DNA of 23,432 bases from a virus (taxonomy: Duplodnaviria; Heunggongvirae; Uroviricota; Caudoviricetes): the IMG/VR virus record IMGVR_UViG_2531839127_000024, positions 1-23,432 of that record. The stretch is one strand, 5' to 3'. A program made the position numbers and the translations under genes. Shown one piece after another: positions 8,558-17,992 of this stretch. Within the stretch, counting starts at the first letter, position 1. Every line of letters begins with the position of its first letter. The notes beneath the pieces were generated by a model, which was not told the origin of the DNA, did not search any database, and was given only the letters and a program-made list of their open reading frames with translations.

Positions 8558-8576
8558 GGCGAGGCGGGGAAAGCAC
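8558..8576. other. cos cohesive-end site (19-nt P2-type cohesive end GGCGAGGCGGGGAAAGCAC)
   Basis: Exact 19-mer that I recall as the P2 cohesive end, followed by G/T-rich packaging-region sequence, located just downstream of Q as in P2. Confidence 0.65.
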
Positions 8577-8718
8577 TGCGCGCTGGCGGTGGTGCTGATT
8601 TTATTTTTTCAGCGTCTGAGCGCGTCGTGAAGGCGCTTAGTCTGCCCGTTGAGGCGTTGGTGTGTCTGCGGGGTGTTTTGTGCGGTGGTGAGCGTGTGAG
8701 GGCGTGATGACGGGGTGT

Positions 8719-8740
8719 AAAAAAGCCGCCCGCAGGCGGC
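8719..8740 (-). terminator. Intrinsic terminator of the P-Q operon
   Basis: On the minus strand GCCGCC-TGCG-GGCGGC hairpin followed by TTTTTT, 6 bp downstream of the Q stop. Confidence 0.7.
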
Positions 8741-8745
8741 GATGT

Positions 8746-9780
8746 TCAGCCGTTGTCAGTGTCCAGTGAGTAGTTTTTAAAGCGGATGACCTCCTGACCG
8801 AGCCAGCCGTTTATCTCGCGGATCCTGTCCTGTAGCGGGATAAGCTCATTACGGACAAAGACCTTTGCCACTTTCTCAATATCACCCAGCGACCCGACGT
8901 TCTCCGGCTTGCCGCCCATCAACTGAAAGGGGATACGGTGCGCGTCCAGCAGGTCAGCGGCGCTGGCTTTTTTGATATTAAAAAAATCGTCCTTCGTTGC
9001 CACTTCACTGAGCGGGATAATTTTAATGCCGTCAGCTTTCCCCTGCGGGGCATAGAGAAACAGGTTTTTAAAGTTGTTGCGGCCTTTCGACTTAACCATG
9101 TTTTCGCGAAGCATTTCGATATCGTTGCGATCCTGCACGGCATCGGTGACGTACATGATGTATCCGGCATGAGCGCCATTTTCGTAATACTTTCGGCGGA
9201 ACAGCGTGGCCGACTCATTCAGCCAGGCAGAATTAAGGGCGCTGAGATATTCCGGCAGGCCGTACAACTCCTGATTAATATCCGGCTCCAGCAGGTGAAA
9301 CACGGAGCCGGGCGTGAAGGCTGTCGGCTCGTTGAAGGACGGCACCCACCAGTAAACATCCTCCTCCACGCCACGGCGGGTATATTTTGCCGGTGAGGTT
9401 TCCAGTCTGATGACCTTACCGGTGGTGCTGTAACGCTTTTCCAGAAACGCATTACCGAAAACCAGAAAATCCAGCACAAAGCGGCTGAAATCCTGCTGGG
9501 AAAGCCACGGATGCGGGATAAATGTCGAGGCCAGAATATTGCGTTTAACGTAAATCGGTGAGCTGTGATGCACGGCAGCACGCAGGCTTTTTGCCAGACC
9601 GGTAAAGCTGACCGGTGGCTCATACCATCTGCCGTTACTGATGCACTCGACGTAATCCAGAATGTCACGGCGGTCGAGTACCGGCACCGGCTCGCCAAAG
9701 GTGAATGCTTCCATTTTCGGGGCGCTGGCAGTCATTGTTTTCACCGCTGGCTGCGGTGTTTTCCCTTTTTTCTTACTCAT
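8746..9780 (-). CDS. Q: Portal protein (344 aa)
   Basis: Length identical to P2 gpQ; ATG overlaps the P stop (ATGA); position next to cos. Confidence 0.9.
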   Translation of the reverse strand: MSKKKGKTPQPAVKTMTASAPKMEAFTFGEPVPVLDRRDILDYVECISNGRWYEPPVSFTGLAKSLRAAVHHSSPIYVKRNILASTFIPHPWLSQQDFSRFVLDFLVFGNAFLEKRYSTTGKVIRLETSPAKYTRRGVEEDVYWWVPSFNEPTAFTPGSVFHLLEPDINQELYGLPEYLSALNSAWLNESATLFRRKYYENGAHAGYIMYVTDAVQDRNDIEMLRENMVKSKGRNNFKNLFLYAPQGKADGIKIIPLSEVATKDDFFNIKKASAADLLDAHRIPFQLMGGKPENVGSLGDIEKVAKVFVRNELIPLQDRIREINGWLGQEVIRFKNYSLDTDNG

Positions 9781-11552
9781 CAGTAAAACTCCAGAATGGT
9801 GGATGTCAGCGGAGTGCTGATACCGGCGGTGAGTGGCTCATTTAACAGGGCGTGCATGGTCGCCCAGGCGAGGTCGGCGTGGCTGGCTTCCTCGCTGCGG
9901 CTGGCCTCATAGGTGGCGCTGCGTCCGCTGCTGGTCATGGTCTTGCGGATAGCCATGAACGAGCTGGTGATGTCGGTGGCGCTGACGTCATATTCCAGAC
10001 AGCCACGGCGGATAACGTCTTTTGCCTTGAGCACCATTGCAGTTTTCATTTCCGGCGTGTAGCGGATATCGCGCGCGGCGGGATAGAACGAGCGCACGAG
10101 CTGGAACACGCCGACACCGAGGCCGGTGGCATCAATACCGATGTATTCGACGTTATATTTTTCGGTGAGTTTGCGGATGGATTCAGCCTGGGTGGCAAAG
10201 TCCATGCCTTTCCACTGGTGACGCTCAAGTATTCTGAATTTGCCACCGGCCACCACCGGCGGTGCCAGCACCACGCATCCGGCGCTGTCGCCACGGTGTG
10301 ACGGGGCGTAACCAATCCATACCGGACGTGAGCCGAACGGATTGGCGGCAAACGGAGCATAGTCTTCCCATTCTTCCAGCGTGTCGACCATGCAGCGTTG
10401 CAGCTCCTCGAACGGGAACACCGACGCCTTGTCGTCAACAAATTCACACATGAACAGGTTTTTAAAATCGTCGGCGCTGTTTTCACGTTTGAGCTGCTCA
10501 ATGTCGAACAGCGTGCAGCCGCCTTTCAGGGCGTCCTCAATGGTGACAATCTGCCGCCACTGGCCGTCCGCACAGAGAAGCCCACCGGCAAGGGCGTTAT
10601 GACTGACGTCGATTTCCACGCGTTCGGCGGCGCTGGCGCGTCCCCGGTTAAACAGTTCACCCGACCAGAACGGGTAGGCGTCGTGCGCCAGTGTGGACGG
10701 GGTGGAGAAATAGGTCGAGCGCAGGTGACTCTGTGAGGCCATACCTGATGCCACCTTACGCAGTACCTGAAAATTCGGGATCCAGAAAATCTCGTCGACG
10801 TACAGGTCGCCGTTATGGCTCTGCGCGGTGTTGGAGTTGGTGCCGAGAAAAATCAGTTTTGCGCCGTTATTGCCCAGGACAATTGGGTCACCGGTCAGGT
10901 CAACGTCAACCAGCCGGGCAAAGGCGATGATGTATTCGCGGAACACATACGCCTGCGTTTTACTGGCCGACAGAAAAATCTGGTTATGACCGGTTTTCAG
11001 GGCGCGCAGCAGCGCCTCGCGGGAAAAATAAAACGTCGCGCCAATCTGGCGGGATTTCAGGATATCGCGGATGCGGTGCTCAAGCCCTGCGCGATACCAG
11101 TGCAACTGATATTCGAAAGACTGCTCAAAGAAAATCTGCTCCAGCTTTTCGATGGCCTCGTCACTGAAAAAATTCTTTTTCGGTTTGCGACGCCCGCCTT
11201 TGTTGCGGTTAGCGACGTTCGGATTAAGGTCTGCCTCGTTGCCGGTCTGACTGTAACGGTTGACCCGTGCCAGTCGTTCAATCTGGCGTCCCAGCAGGTC
11301 AATTTCCTTGAAGTCACCGCCGGTTTTCTGCGGTTTGATGATGAGCTGGGTCAGCCGCGCTTCCAGACTCATTTCGACACGGCTGATGGGGGCAACGCTG
11401 TCCCAGCCGTCGCGCTGTTTCCAGCTCTGCACCGTCGGGCGTTTCATCTGCAACATGGCGGCAATCTGCGGCACGGAAAACCCCTGCCAGTACAGCAGCG
11501 CCGCCTGACGACGCGGGTCGTGTAAAAGAGTGGTGTCTGTGGTGATGGTCAT
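9780..11552 (-). CDS. P: Terminase large subunit/ATPase (590 aa)
   Basis: From ATG 11552 (GAGGGA RBS) the protein starts MTITTDTTLLHDPRR and is 590 aa, matching P2 gpP. Track start 11582 is TTG. Confidence 0.9.
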   Translation of the reverse strand: MTITTDTTLLHDPRRQAALLYWQGFSVPQIAAMLQMKRPTVQSWKQRDGWDSVAPISRVEMSLEARLTQLIIKPQKTGGDFKEIDLLGRQIERLARVNRYSQTGNEADLNPNVANRNKGGRRKPKKNFFSDEAIEKLEQIFFEQSFEYQLHWYRAGLEHRIRDILKSRQIGATFYFSREALLRALKTGHNQIFLSASKTQAYVFREYIIAFARLVDVDLTGDPIVLGNNGAKLIFLGTNSNTAQSHNGDLYVDEIFWIPNFQVLRKVASGMASQSHLRSTYFSTPSTLAHDAYPFWSGELFNRGRASAAERVEIDVSHNALAGGLLCADGQWRQIVTIEDALKGGCTLFDIEQLKRENSADDFKNLFMCEFVDDKASVFPFEELQRCMVDTLEEWEDYAPFAANPFGSRPVWIGYAPSHRGDSAGCVVLAPPVVAGGKFRILERHQWKGMDFATQAESIRKLTEKYNVEYIGIDATGLGVGVFQLVRSFYPAARDIRYTPEMKTAMVLKAKDVIRRGCLEYDVSATDITSSFMAIRKTMTSSGRSATYEASRSEEASHADLAWATMHALLNEPLTAGISTPLTSTILEFY

Positions 11553-11725
11553 GAATCCCTCGCCGTGATGAATACACGGCAAGGCTACTGAGTCGCGCCC
11601 CGCGATTCGCTAAGGTGCTGTTGTGTCAGTGATAAGCCATCCGGGACTGATGGCGGAGGATGCGCATCGTCGGGAAACTGATGCCGACATGTGACTCCTC
11701 TAATCACTATTCAGGACTCCTGACA

Positions 11726-12580
11726 ATGGCAAAAAAAGTCTCAAAATTCTTTCGTATCGGCGTTGAGGGTGACACCTGTGACGGGCGTGTCATCAGTGCG
11801 CAGGATATTCAGGAAATGGCCGAAACCTTTGACCCGCGTGTCTATGGTTGCCGCATTAACCTGGAACATCTGCGCGGCATCCTGCCTGACGGCATTTTTA
11901 AACGTTATGGCGATGTGGCCGAACTGAAGGCCGAAAAGATTGACGATGATTCGGCGCTGAAAGGCAAATGGGCGCTGTTTGCGAAAATCACCCCGACCGA
12001 TGACCTTATCGCGATGAACAAGGCCGCGCAGAAGGTCTACACCTCAATGGAAATTCAGCCGAACTTTGCCAACACCGGCAAATGTTATCTGGTGGGGCTG
12101 GCCGTCACCGATGACCCGGCAAGCCTCGGCACGGAATACCTGGAATTCTGCCGCACGGCAAAACACAACCCCCTGAACCGCTTCAAATTAAGCCCTGAAA
12201 ACCTGATTTCAGTGGCAACGCCTGTTGAGCTGGAATTTGAAGACCTGCCTGAAACCGTGTTCACCGCCCTGACCGAAAAGGTGAAGTCCATTTTTGGCCG
12301 CAAACAGGCCAGCGATGATGCCCGTCTGAATGACGTGCATGAAGCGGTGACCGCTGTTGCTGAACATGTGCAGGAAAAACTGAGCGCCACTGAGCAGCGC
12401 CTCGCGGAGATGGAAACCGCCTTTTCCGCACTTAAGCAGGAGGTGACTGACAGGGCGGATGAAACCAGCCAGGCATTCACCCGCCTGAAAAACAGTCTCG
12501 ACCACACCGAAAGTCTGACCCAGCAGCGCCGCAGCAAGGCCACCGGTGGTGGCGGTGACGCCCTGATGACGAACTGCTGA
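11726..12580 (+). CDS. O: Capsid scaffolding protein (284 aa)
   Basis: ATG 11726 gives MAKKVSKFFRIGVEG and 284 aa as for P2 gpO; divergent from P across a 170-bp late promoter region. Confidence 0.88.
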   Translation: MAKKVSKFFRIGVEGDTCDGRVISAQDIQEMAETFDPRVYGCRINLEHLRGILPDGIFKRYGDVAELKAEKIDDDSALKGKWALFAKITPTDDLIAMNKAAQKVYTSMEIQPNFANTGKCYLVGLAVTDDPASLGTEYLEFCRTAKHNPLNRFKLSPENLISVATPVELEFEDLPETVFTALTEKVKSIFGRKQASDDARLNDVHEAVTAVAEHVQEKLSATEQRLAEMETAFSALKQEVTDRADETSQAFTRLKNSLDHTESLTQQRRSKATGGGGDALMTNC

Positions 12581-12638
12581 CCGGCGTCAGTCAGTCCGGG
12601 AAAACCTTCACGATTAACCCTTAATTTCAGGAAAAACT

Positions 12639-13712
12639 ATGCGCCAGGAAACCCGCTTTAAATTTAATGCCTACCTGTCCCGTGTTGCCGAACTGAACGG
12701 CATCGACGCCGGTGATGTGTCGAAAAAATTCACCGTTGAACCGTCGGTCACCCAGACCCTGATGAACACCATGCAGGAGTCCTCTGACTTTCTGACCCGC
12801 ATCAACATTGTGCCGGTCAGCGAAATGAAAGGGGAAAAAATTGGTATCGGTGTCACCGGCCCCATCGCCAGCACCACCGACACCGCCGGTGGCACCGAGC
12901 GTCAGCCGAAGGACTTCTCGAAGCTGGCGTCCAACAAGTACGAATGCGACCAGGTTAACTTCGATTTTTATATCCGCTACAAAACGCTGGACCTGTGGGC
13001 GCGTTATCAGGATTTCCAGCTCCGTATCCGTAACGCCATTATCAAACGCCAGTCCCTTGATTTCATCATGGCCGGTTTTAACGGCGTGAAGCGTGCCGAA
13101 ACCTCTGACCGCAACAGTAATCCGATGCTGCAGGATGTGGCGGTCGGCTGGCTGCAGAAATACCGCAATGAAGCCCCGGCGCGCGTGATGAGCAAGGTCA
13201 CTGACGAGGAAGGGCACACCACCTCTGAGGTTATCCGCGTGGGTAAGGGCGGTGATTATGCCAGCCTTGACGCACTGGTGATGGATGCGACCAATAACCT
13301 GATTGAGCCGTGGTATCAGGAAGACCCTGACCTTGTGGTGATTGTGGGACGTCAGCTACTGGCGGACAAGTATTTTCCCATCGTCAACAAGGAGCAGGAC
13401 AACAGCGAAATGCTGGCTGCTGACGTCATCATCAGCCAGAAACGCATCGGTAACCTGCCGGCGGTACGCGTCCCGTACTTTCCGGCGGATGCGATGCTCA
13501 TCACGAAGCTGGAAAACCTGTCCATCTACTACATGGATGACAGCCATCGCCGCGTGATTGAGGAAAACCCGAAACTCGACCGCGTGGAGAACTACGAGTC
13601 AATGAACATTGATTACGTGGTGGAAGACTACGCCGCCGGTTGTCTGGTGGAAAAAATTAAGGTCGGTGATTTCTCCACACTGGCTAAAGCGACCGCAGAG
13701 CCGGGAGCGTAA
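12639..13712 (+). CDS. N: Major capsid protein (357 aa)
   Basis: Length equals P2 gpN; follows the scaffold gene. Confidence 0.9.
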   Translation: MRQETRFKFNAYLSRVAELNGIDAGDVSKKFTVEPSVTQTLMNTMQESSDFLTRINIVPVSEMKGEKIGIGVTGPIASTTDTAGGTERQPKDFSKLASNKYECDQVNFDFYIRYKTLDLWARYQDFQLRIRNAIIKRQSLDFIMAGFNGVKRAETSDRNSNPMLQDVAVGWLQKYRNEAPARVMSKVTDEEGHTTSEVIRVGKGGDYASLDALVMDATNNLIEPWYQEDPDLVVIVGRQLLADKYFPIVNKEQDNSEMLAADVIISQKRIGNLPAVRVPYFPADAMLITKLENLSIYYMDDSHRRVIEENPKLDRVENYESMNIDYVVEDYAAGCLVEKIKVGDFSTLAKATAEPGA

Positions 13713-13715
13713 CCG

Positions 13716-14459
13716 ATGACGAGTCCCGCACAGCGCCACATGATGCGGGTCTCGGCAGCGATGACCGCGCAGCGGGAAGCCGCCCCGCTGCGACATGCAA
13801 CTGTCTATGAGCAGATGCTGGTTAAGCTCGCCGCAGACCAGCGCACACTGAAAGCGATTTATTCAAAAGAGCTGAAGGCCGCGAAAAAACGCGAACTGCT
13901 GCCGTTCTGGTTGCCGTGGGTGAATGGCGTGCTGGAGCAGGGCAAAGGTGCACAGGATGACATTCTGATGACGGTCATGCTGTGGCGTCTGGATACCGGC
14001 GATATTGCCGGTGCGCTGGAGATTGCCCGTTATGCCCTGAAATACGGTCTGACCATGCCGGGTAAACACCGCCGTACCCCGCCGTACATGTTCACCGAGG
14101 AGGTGGCACTTGCGGCCATGCGCGCCCACGCTGCCGGTGAGTCTGTGGATACCCGCCTGCTGACGGACACCCTTGAACTGACTGCCACGGCTGACATGCC
14201 TGATGAAGTGCGCGCAAAGCTGCACAAAATCACCGGTCTGTTTCTGCGTGACGCTGGTGATGCCGCCGGTGCGCTGGCTCACCTGCAACGTGCGACACAG
14301 CTCGACTGTCAGGCAGGCGTCAAAAAAGAGATTGAACGACTGGAGCGGGAGCTGAAACCGAAGCCGGAGCCGCAGCCCAAAGCGGCCACCCGCGCCCCGC
14401 GTAAGATCCGGAGCGTGACACCGGCAAAACGTGGACGCCCGAAAAAGAAAGCCAGTTAA
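13716..14459 (+). CDS. M: Terminase small/endonuclease subunit (247 aa)
   Basis: Length equals P2 gpM; basic C-terminal tail (KRGRPKKKAS). Confidence 0.88.
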   Translation: MTSPAQRHMMRVSAAMTAQREAAPLRHATVYEQMLVKLAADQRTLKAIYSKELKAAKKRELLPFWLPWVNGVLEQGKGAQDDILMTVMLWRLDTGDIAGALEIARYALKYGLTMPGKHRRTPPYMFTEEVALAAMRAHAAGESVDTRLLTDTLELTATADMPDEVRAKLHKITGLFLRDAGDAAGALAHLQRATQLDCQAGVKKEIERLERELKPKPEPQPKAATRAPRKIRSVTPAKRGRPKKKAS

Positions 14460-14558
14460 CAACCGAATGCGCCCCGCGCCAGGGCGGCACGCCGGTCAGT
14501 GAGGGTGAATCACCTGACACTGCACCGGCGTCCACCGCCCGACTTTTCAGAGGTAGTC

Positions 14559-15068
14559 ATGATGACGCTGATTATTCCGCGAAAGGAGGCTCCCGTGTCC
14601 GGTGAGGGTACGGTGGTTATCCCGCAACCGGCAGGCGACGAGCCGGTGATTAAAAACACGTTCTTTTTTCCCGATATCGACCCGAAGCGCGTCCGGGAAC
14701 GTATGCGCCTTGAGCAGACCGTCGCCCCCGCCCGTCTGCGTGAGGCCATCAAGTCAGGCATGGCGGAGACGAATGCGGAGCTGTACGAGTACCGCGAACA
14801 GAAAATTGCCACCGGTTTTACGCGTCTGGCGGACGTCCCGGCGGACGACATCGACGGTGAAAGCATCAAAGTTTTTTACTACGAGCGCGCCGTGTGTGCG
14901 ATGGCGACCGCGTCGCTTTATGAGCGTTATCGCGGCGTGGATGCCAGTGCGAAAGGTGACAAGAAGGCTGACAGCATTGACAGCACCATTGATGAACTGT
15001 GGCGGGATATGCGCTGGGCGGTGGCGCGTATCCAGGACAAGCCGCGCTGCATCGTGAGTCAAATCTGA
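14559..15068 (+). CDS. L: Head completion protein (169 aa)
   Basis: ATG 14559 with AGAGG RBS gives 169 aa as for P2 gpL; track start 14499 is an upstream alternative. Confidence 0.85.
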   Translation: MMTLIIPRKEAPVSGEGTVVIPQPAGDEPVIKNTFFFPDIDPKRVRERMRLEQTVAPARLREAIKSGMAETNAELYEYREQKIATGFTRLADVPADDIDGESIKVFYYERAVCAMATASLYERYRGVDASAKGDKKADSIDSTIDELWRDMRWAVARIQDKPRCIVSQI

Positions 15069-15271
15069 TGAAGACCTTTGCGCTACAGGGCGACACGCTC
15101 GACGCCATTTGTGTCCGGTATTACGGGCGCACTGAGGGCGTGGTTGAGACCGTGCTCGCCGCAAATCCGGGACTGGCTGAACTGGGTGCGGTGCTGCCAC
15201 ACGGCACCGCCGTCGAACTGCCCGACGTTCAGACCGCGCCCGTGGCTGAAACTGTCAATCTGTGGGAGTAA
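15068..15271 (+). CDS. X: Tail protein X (LysM-like), 67 aa
   Basis: ATG 15068 overlapping the L stop; 67 aa as for P2 gpX. Confidence 0.85.
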   Translation: MKTFALQGDTLDAICVRYYGRTEGVVETVLAANPGLAELGAVLPHGTAVELPDVQTAPVAETVNLWE

Positions 15272-15274
15272 CGC

Positions 15275-15556
15275 ATGACAGCAGAAGAAAAAAGCGTCCT
15301 GTCGCTTTTCATGATTGGGGTGCTGATTGTTGTCGGCAAGGTGCTTGCCGGTGGTGAACCCATCACCCCGCGTCTGTTTATCGGGCGCATGTTGCTCGGT
15401 GGTTTTGTCTCGATGGTTGCCGGTGTTGTTCTGGTGCAGTTTCCTGACCTGTCACTGCCTGCGGTGTGCGGTATCGGCTCCATGCTGGGTATCGCCGGTT
15501 ATCAGGTGATTGAGATTGCCATTCAGCGCCGTTTTAAGGGCAGGGGGAAACCGTAA
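15275..15556 (+). CDS. Y: Holin (93 aa)
   Basis: Two or three hydrophobic helices and a charged C-terminus; 93 aa as for P2 gpY; immediately upstream of the endolysin. Confidence 0.88.
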   Translation: MTAEEKSVLSLFMIGVLIVVGKVLAGGEPITPRLFIGRMLLGGFVSMVAGVVLVQFPDLSLPAVCGIGSMLGIAGYQVIEIAIQRRFKGRGKP

Positions 15557-16053
15557 TGCCGGTAATTAACACGCATCAGAATATCGCGGCCTTTCTCGAC
15601 ATGCTGGCCGTGTCCGAAGGGACGGCGAATCATCCGCTGACGAAAAACCGGGGCTATGACGTGATAGTCACCGGACTGGACGGGAAGCCGGAAATTTTCA
15701 CTGACTACAGTGACCACCCGTTCGCGCATGGCCGACCGGCGAAGGTGTTTAACCGTCGCGGTGAAAAATCCACGGCCTCCGGTCGCTATCAGCAGCTTTA
15801 CCTGTTCTGGCCGCACTACCGCAAACAGCTTGCCCTGCCGGATTTCAGTCCGTTGTCACAGGACAGGCTCGCCATTCAGTTGATCCGCGAACGCGGTGCA
15901 CTGGATGACATCCGGGCGGGACGCATTGAGCGCGCCATTTCACGCTGTCGCAATATCTGGGCGTCCCTGCCGGGAGCCGGTTACGGTCAGCGTGAGCATT
16001 CACTGGAAAAACTGGTCACCGTCTGGCGTACCGCTGGCGGCGTACCGGCTTAA
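15556..16053 (+). CDS. K: Endolysin, lambda R-like lytic transglycosylase (165 aa)
   Basis: Motifs FLDMLAVSEGT, GYDVIV, FTDYSDHP and NIWASLPGAGYGQ align to lambda R; 165 aa as for P2 gpK. Confidence 0.92.
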   Translation: MPVINTHQNIAAFLDMLAVSEGTANHPLTKNRGYDVIVTGLDGKPEIFTDYSDHPFAHGRPAKVFNRRGEKSTASGRYQQLYLFWPHYRKQLALPDFSPLSQDRLAIQLIRERGALDDIRAGRIERAISRCRNIWASLPGAGYGQREHSLEKLVTVWRTAGGVPA

Positions 16054-16067
16054 ACGGAGTAAACACC

Positions 16068-16493
16068 ATGAAGAAATTATCCCTTTCACTGATGCTGAAC
16101 GTGTCGCTGGCGCTGATGCTGGCACTGTCCCTGATTTACCCGCAGAGCGTGGCCGTCAGTTTTGTCGCCACCTGGGCGATTCTGGCGACGGTTATCTGTG
16201 TGGTTGCCGGTGGTGTCGGCGTGTATGCCACGGAGTATGTGCTGGAACGCTACGGGCGGGAGCTTCCGCCGGAATCGCTGGCCGTGAAGATTGTCACGTC
16301 GCTGTTTTTGCAGCCGGTGCCGTGGCGCAGACGGGCGGTGGCTCTGGTGGTGATGGTGGCGACGTTTATCTCGCTGGTCGCTGCCGGGTGGATTTTTACC
16401 GCGCTGATTTATCTCGTGGCGTCGGTGTTCTTCCGGCTGATACGTACGGCCTGCCGTCAGCGTTTTGAGGGGCGGGAACCATGTCAAAGCTGA
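16068..16493 (+). CDS. lysA: LysA membrane protein (lysis timing), 141 aa
   Basis: Multi-TM hydrophobic protein after the endolysin; length equals P2 LysA. Confidence 0.85.
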   Translation: MKKLSLSLMLNVSLALMLALSLIYPQSVAVSFVATWAILATVICVVAGGVGVYATEYVLERYGRELPPESLAVKIVTSLFLQPVPWRRRAVALVVMVATFISLVAAGWIFTALIYLVASVFFRLIRTACRQRFEGREPCQS

Positions 16494-16906
16494 TGATTGT
16501 GATGGTTGTGCTGTTATCGCTGGCGGTGGCGGGGCTGTTTCTGGTGAAGCATGAAAACGCCAGCCTGCGCGCCTCGCTGGACAGGGCGAACAACGTCGCC
16601 AGCGGGCAGCAGACGACCATCACCATGCTGCAAAATCAGCTTCATGTTGCCATCACCAGGGCAGACAAAAACGAGCTGGCGCAGGTGGCACTGCGTCAGG
16701 AACTGGAGAACGCCGCGAAGCGTGAAGCACAGCGCGAGAAAACCATCACGAGGTTACTTAATGAAAACGAAGATTTTCGCCGCTGGTACGGTGCTGACCT
16801 GCCTGATGCTGTGCGCCGGTTGCACCAGCGCCCCGCCTGCACTGACGCCAGTGATTGTCCCCAACGCCTGCCCGAAAGTGAGCCTTTGCCCGATGCCGGG
16901 CAGTGA
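16481..16906 (+). CDS. lysB: LysB, Rz-like inner-membrane spanin (141 aa)
   Basis: N-terminal TM helix then coiled-coil-like periplasmic domain; length equals P2 LysB. Confidence 0.85.
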   Translation: MSKLMIVMVVLLSLAVAGLFLVKHENASLRASLDRANNVASGQQTTITMLQNQLHVAITRADKNELAQVALRQELENAAKREAQREKTITRLLNENEDFRRWYGADLPDAVRRLHQRPACTDASDCPQRLPESEPLPDAGQ

Positions 16907-17051
16907 CCCGGAGACGAACGGCGATTTAAGTGCCGATATCCGGCAGCTTGAGAACGCGCTGGCACGCTGTGCCATCCAGGTAAAAATGATTAAACACTGT
17001 CAGGACGAAAACGATGCTCAAACCCGACAGCCTGCGCAGGGCGCTGACTGA
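16761..17051 (+). CDS. lysC: LysC, Rz1-like outer-membrane lipoprotein spanin embedded in the +1 frame of lysB (96 aa)
   Basis: ATG 16761 inside lysB; signal peptide with lipobox LCAGC; Pro-rich mature part; 96 aa as for P2 LysC. Confidence 0.8.
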   Translation: MKTKIFAAGTVLTCLMLCAGCTSAPPALTPVIVPNACPKVSLCPMPGSDPETNGDLSADIRQLENALARCAIQVKMIKHCQDENDAQTRQPAQGAD

Positions 17052-17481
17052 TGCCGTCACGGTGCTGAAAACTAACCCCGAGATGCTGCGGATATTCGTG
17101 GATAACGGGAGTATTGCCTCCACACTGGCGACGTCGCTGTCATTCGAAAAGCGTTACACGCTCAATGTGATTGTGACCGACTTTACCGGTGATTTTGACC
17201 TGCTCATTGTGCCGGTGCTGGCGTGGCTGCGGGAGAATCAGCCCGACATCATGACCACCGACGCAGGCCAGAAAAAGGGCTTCACGTTTTATGCAGACAT
17301 CAACAATGACAGCAGCTTTGATATCAGCATCAGCCTGATGCTGACCGAGCGCACGCTGGTCAGTGAGGTGGACGGCGCACTGCATGTGAAGAATATCCCG
17401 GAACCCACGCCGCCGGAGCCGGTCACCCGCCCGGTGGAGCTTTATATCAATGGCGAACTGGTGAGCAAGTGGGATGAATGA
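17014..17481 (+). CDS. R: Tail completion protein R (155 aa)
   Basis: Length equals P2 gpR; position after the lysis genes. Confidence 0.88.
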   Translation: MLKPDSLRRALTDAVTVLKTNPEMLRIFVDNGSIASTLATSLSFEKRYTLNVIVTDFTGDFDLLIVPVLAWLRENQPDIMTTDAGQKKGFTFYADINNDSSFDISISLMLTERTLVSEVDGALHVKNIPEPTPPEPVTRPVELYINGELVSKWDE

Positions 17482-17926
17482 GTTTAAGCGTTTTGAAGAC
17501 CGGCTGACCGGACTGATTGAATCGCTGTCACCGTCAGGGCGTCGGCGACTGAGTGCCGAACTGGCGAAGCGCCTGCGGCAGAGTCAGCAGCGTCGGGTGA
17601 TGGCACAGAAAGCCCCGGACGGCACACCCTACGTGCCACGCCAGCAGCAGAGCGCCAGAAAAAAGACTGGTCGTGTTAAGCGAAAAATGTTTGCGAAACT
17701 TATCACCAGTCGTTTTTTGCATATCCGCGCCAGCCCGGAGCAGGCATCAATGGAGTTTTACGGCGGGAAGTCACCGAAAATCGCCAGTGTGCATCAGTTC
17801 GGTCTGTCGGAAGAAAACCGGAAAGACGGTAAGAAAATTGATTATCCGGCGCGCCCTCTGCTCGGCTTCACCGGTGAGGATGTACAGATGATTGAAGAGA
17901 TTATCCTGGCTCACCTCGACCGTTAG
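17474..17926 (+). CDS. S: Tail completion protein S (150 aa)
   Basis: Length equals P2 gpS; overlaps the R stop. Confidence 0.88.
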   Translation: MNEFKRFEDRLTGLIESLSPSGRRRLSAELAKRLRQSQQRRVMAQKAPDGTPYVPRQQQSARKKTGRVKRKMFAKLITSRFLHIRASPEQASMEFYGGKSPKIASVHQFGLSEENRKDGKKIDYPARPLLGFTGEDVQMIEEIILAHLDR

Positions 17927-17992
17927 TTGTGCCATTCCCGACACCTCATCGTCACATTGCCGCCGGTATGACCCGGCGGCATCCTTCCCGTT
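17927..17992 (+). promoter_or_regulatory. S-V intergenic region: hairpin (putative terminator of the O operon) and expected late promoter for V
   Basis: Perfect 8-bp stem GCCGCCGG (17959-17966) / CCGGCGGC (17973-17980) with 6-nt loop but no U-tract; partial dyad TGT-N10-ACA at 17928-17943; operon boundary in P2. Confidence 0.4.

Noticed and set aside
8539-8558. Hairpin CCGCCC-N7-GGGCGG abutting cos as a terminator for cargo gene 2
   Set aside because: No downstream U-tract and it overlaps the cos cleavage region; more likely part of the packaging site.
9219-11525. Numerous antisense or overlapping ORFs inside Q and P (for example 9219-9698 minus, 10815-11525 plus, 10046-10501 minus)
   Set aside because: They lie entirely within well-supported GC-rich structural genes on the opposite strand or an alternative frame, have Arg/Ala/Gly-rich low-complexity translations, and lack ribosome-binding sites; typical spurious ORFs of high-GC coding DNA.
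3566-14558. Longer N-terminal extensions in the track for A (3566), P (11582), O (11660) and L (14499)
   Set aside because: The track starts are TTG or other alternative codons without ribosome-binding sites; downstream ATG starts with RBS give lengths matching the P2 proteins exactly.
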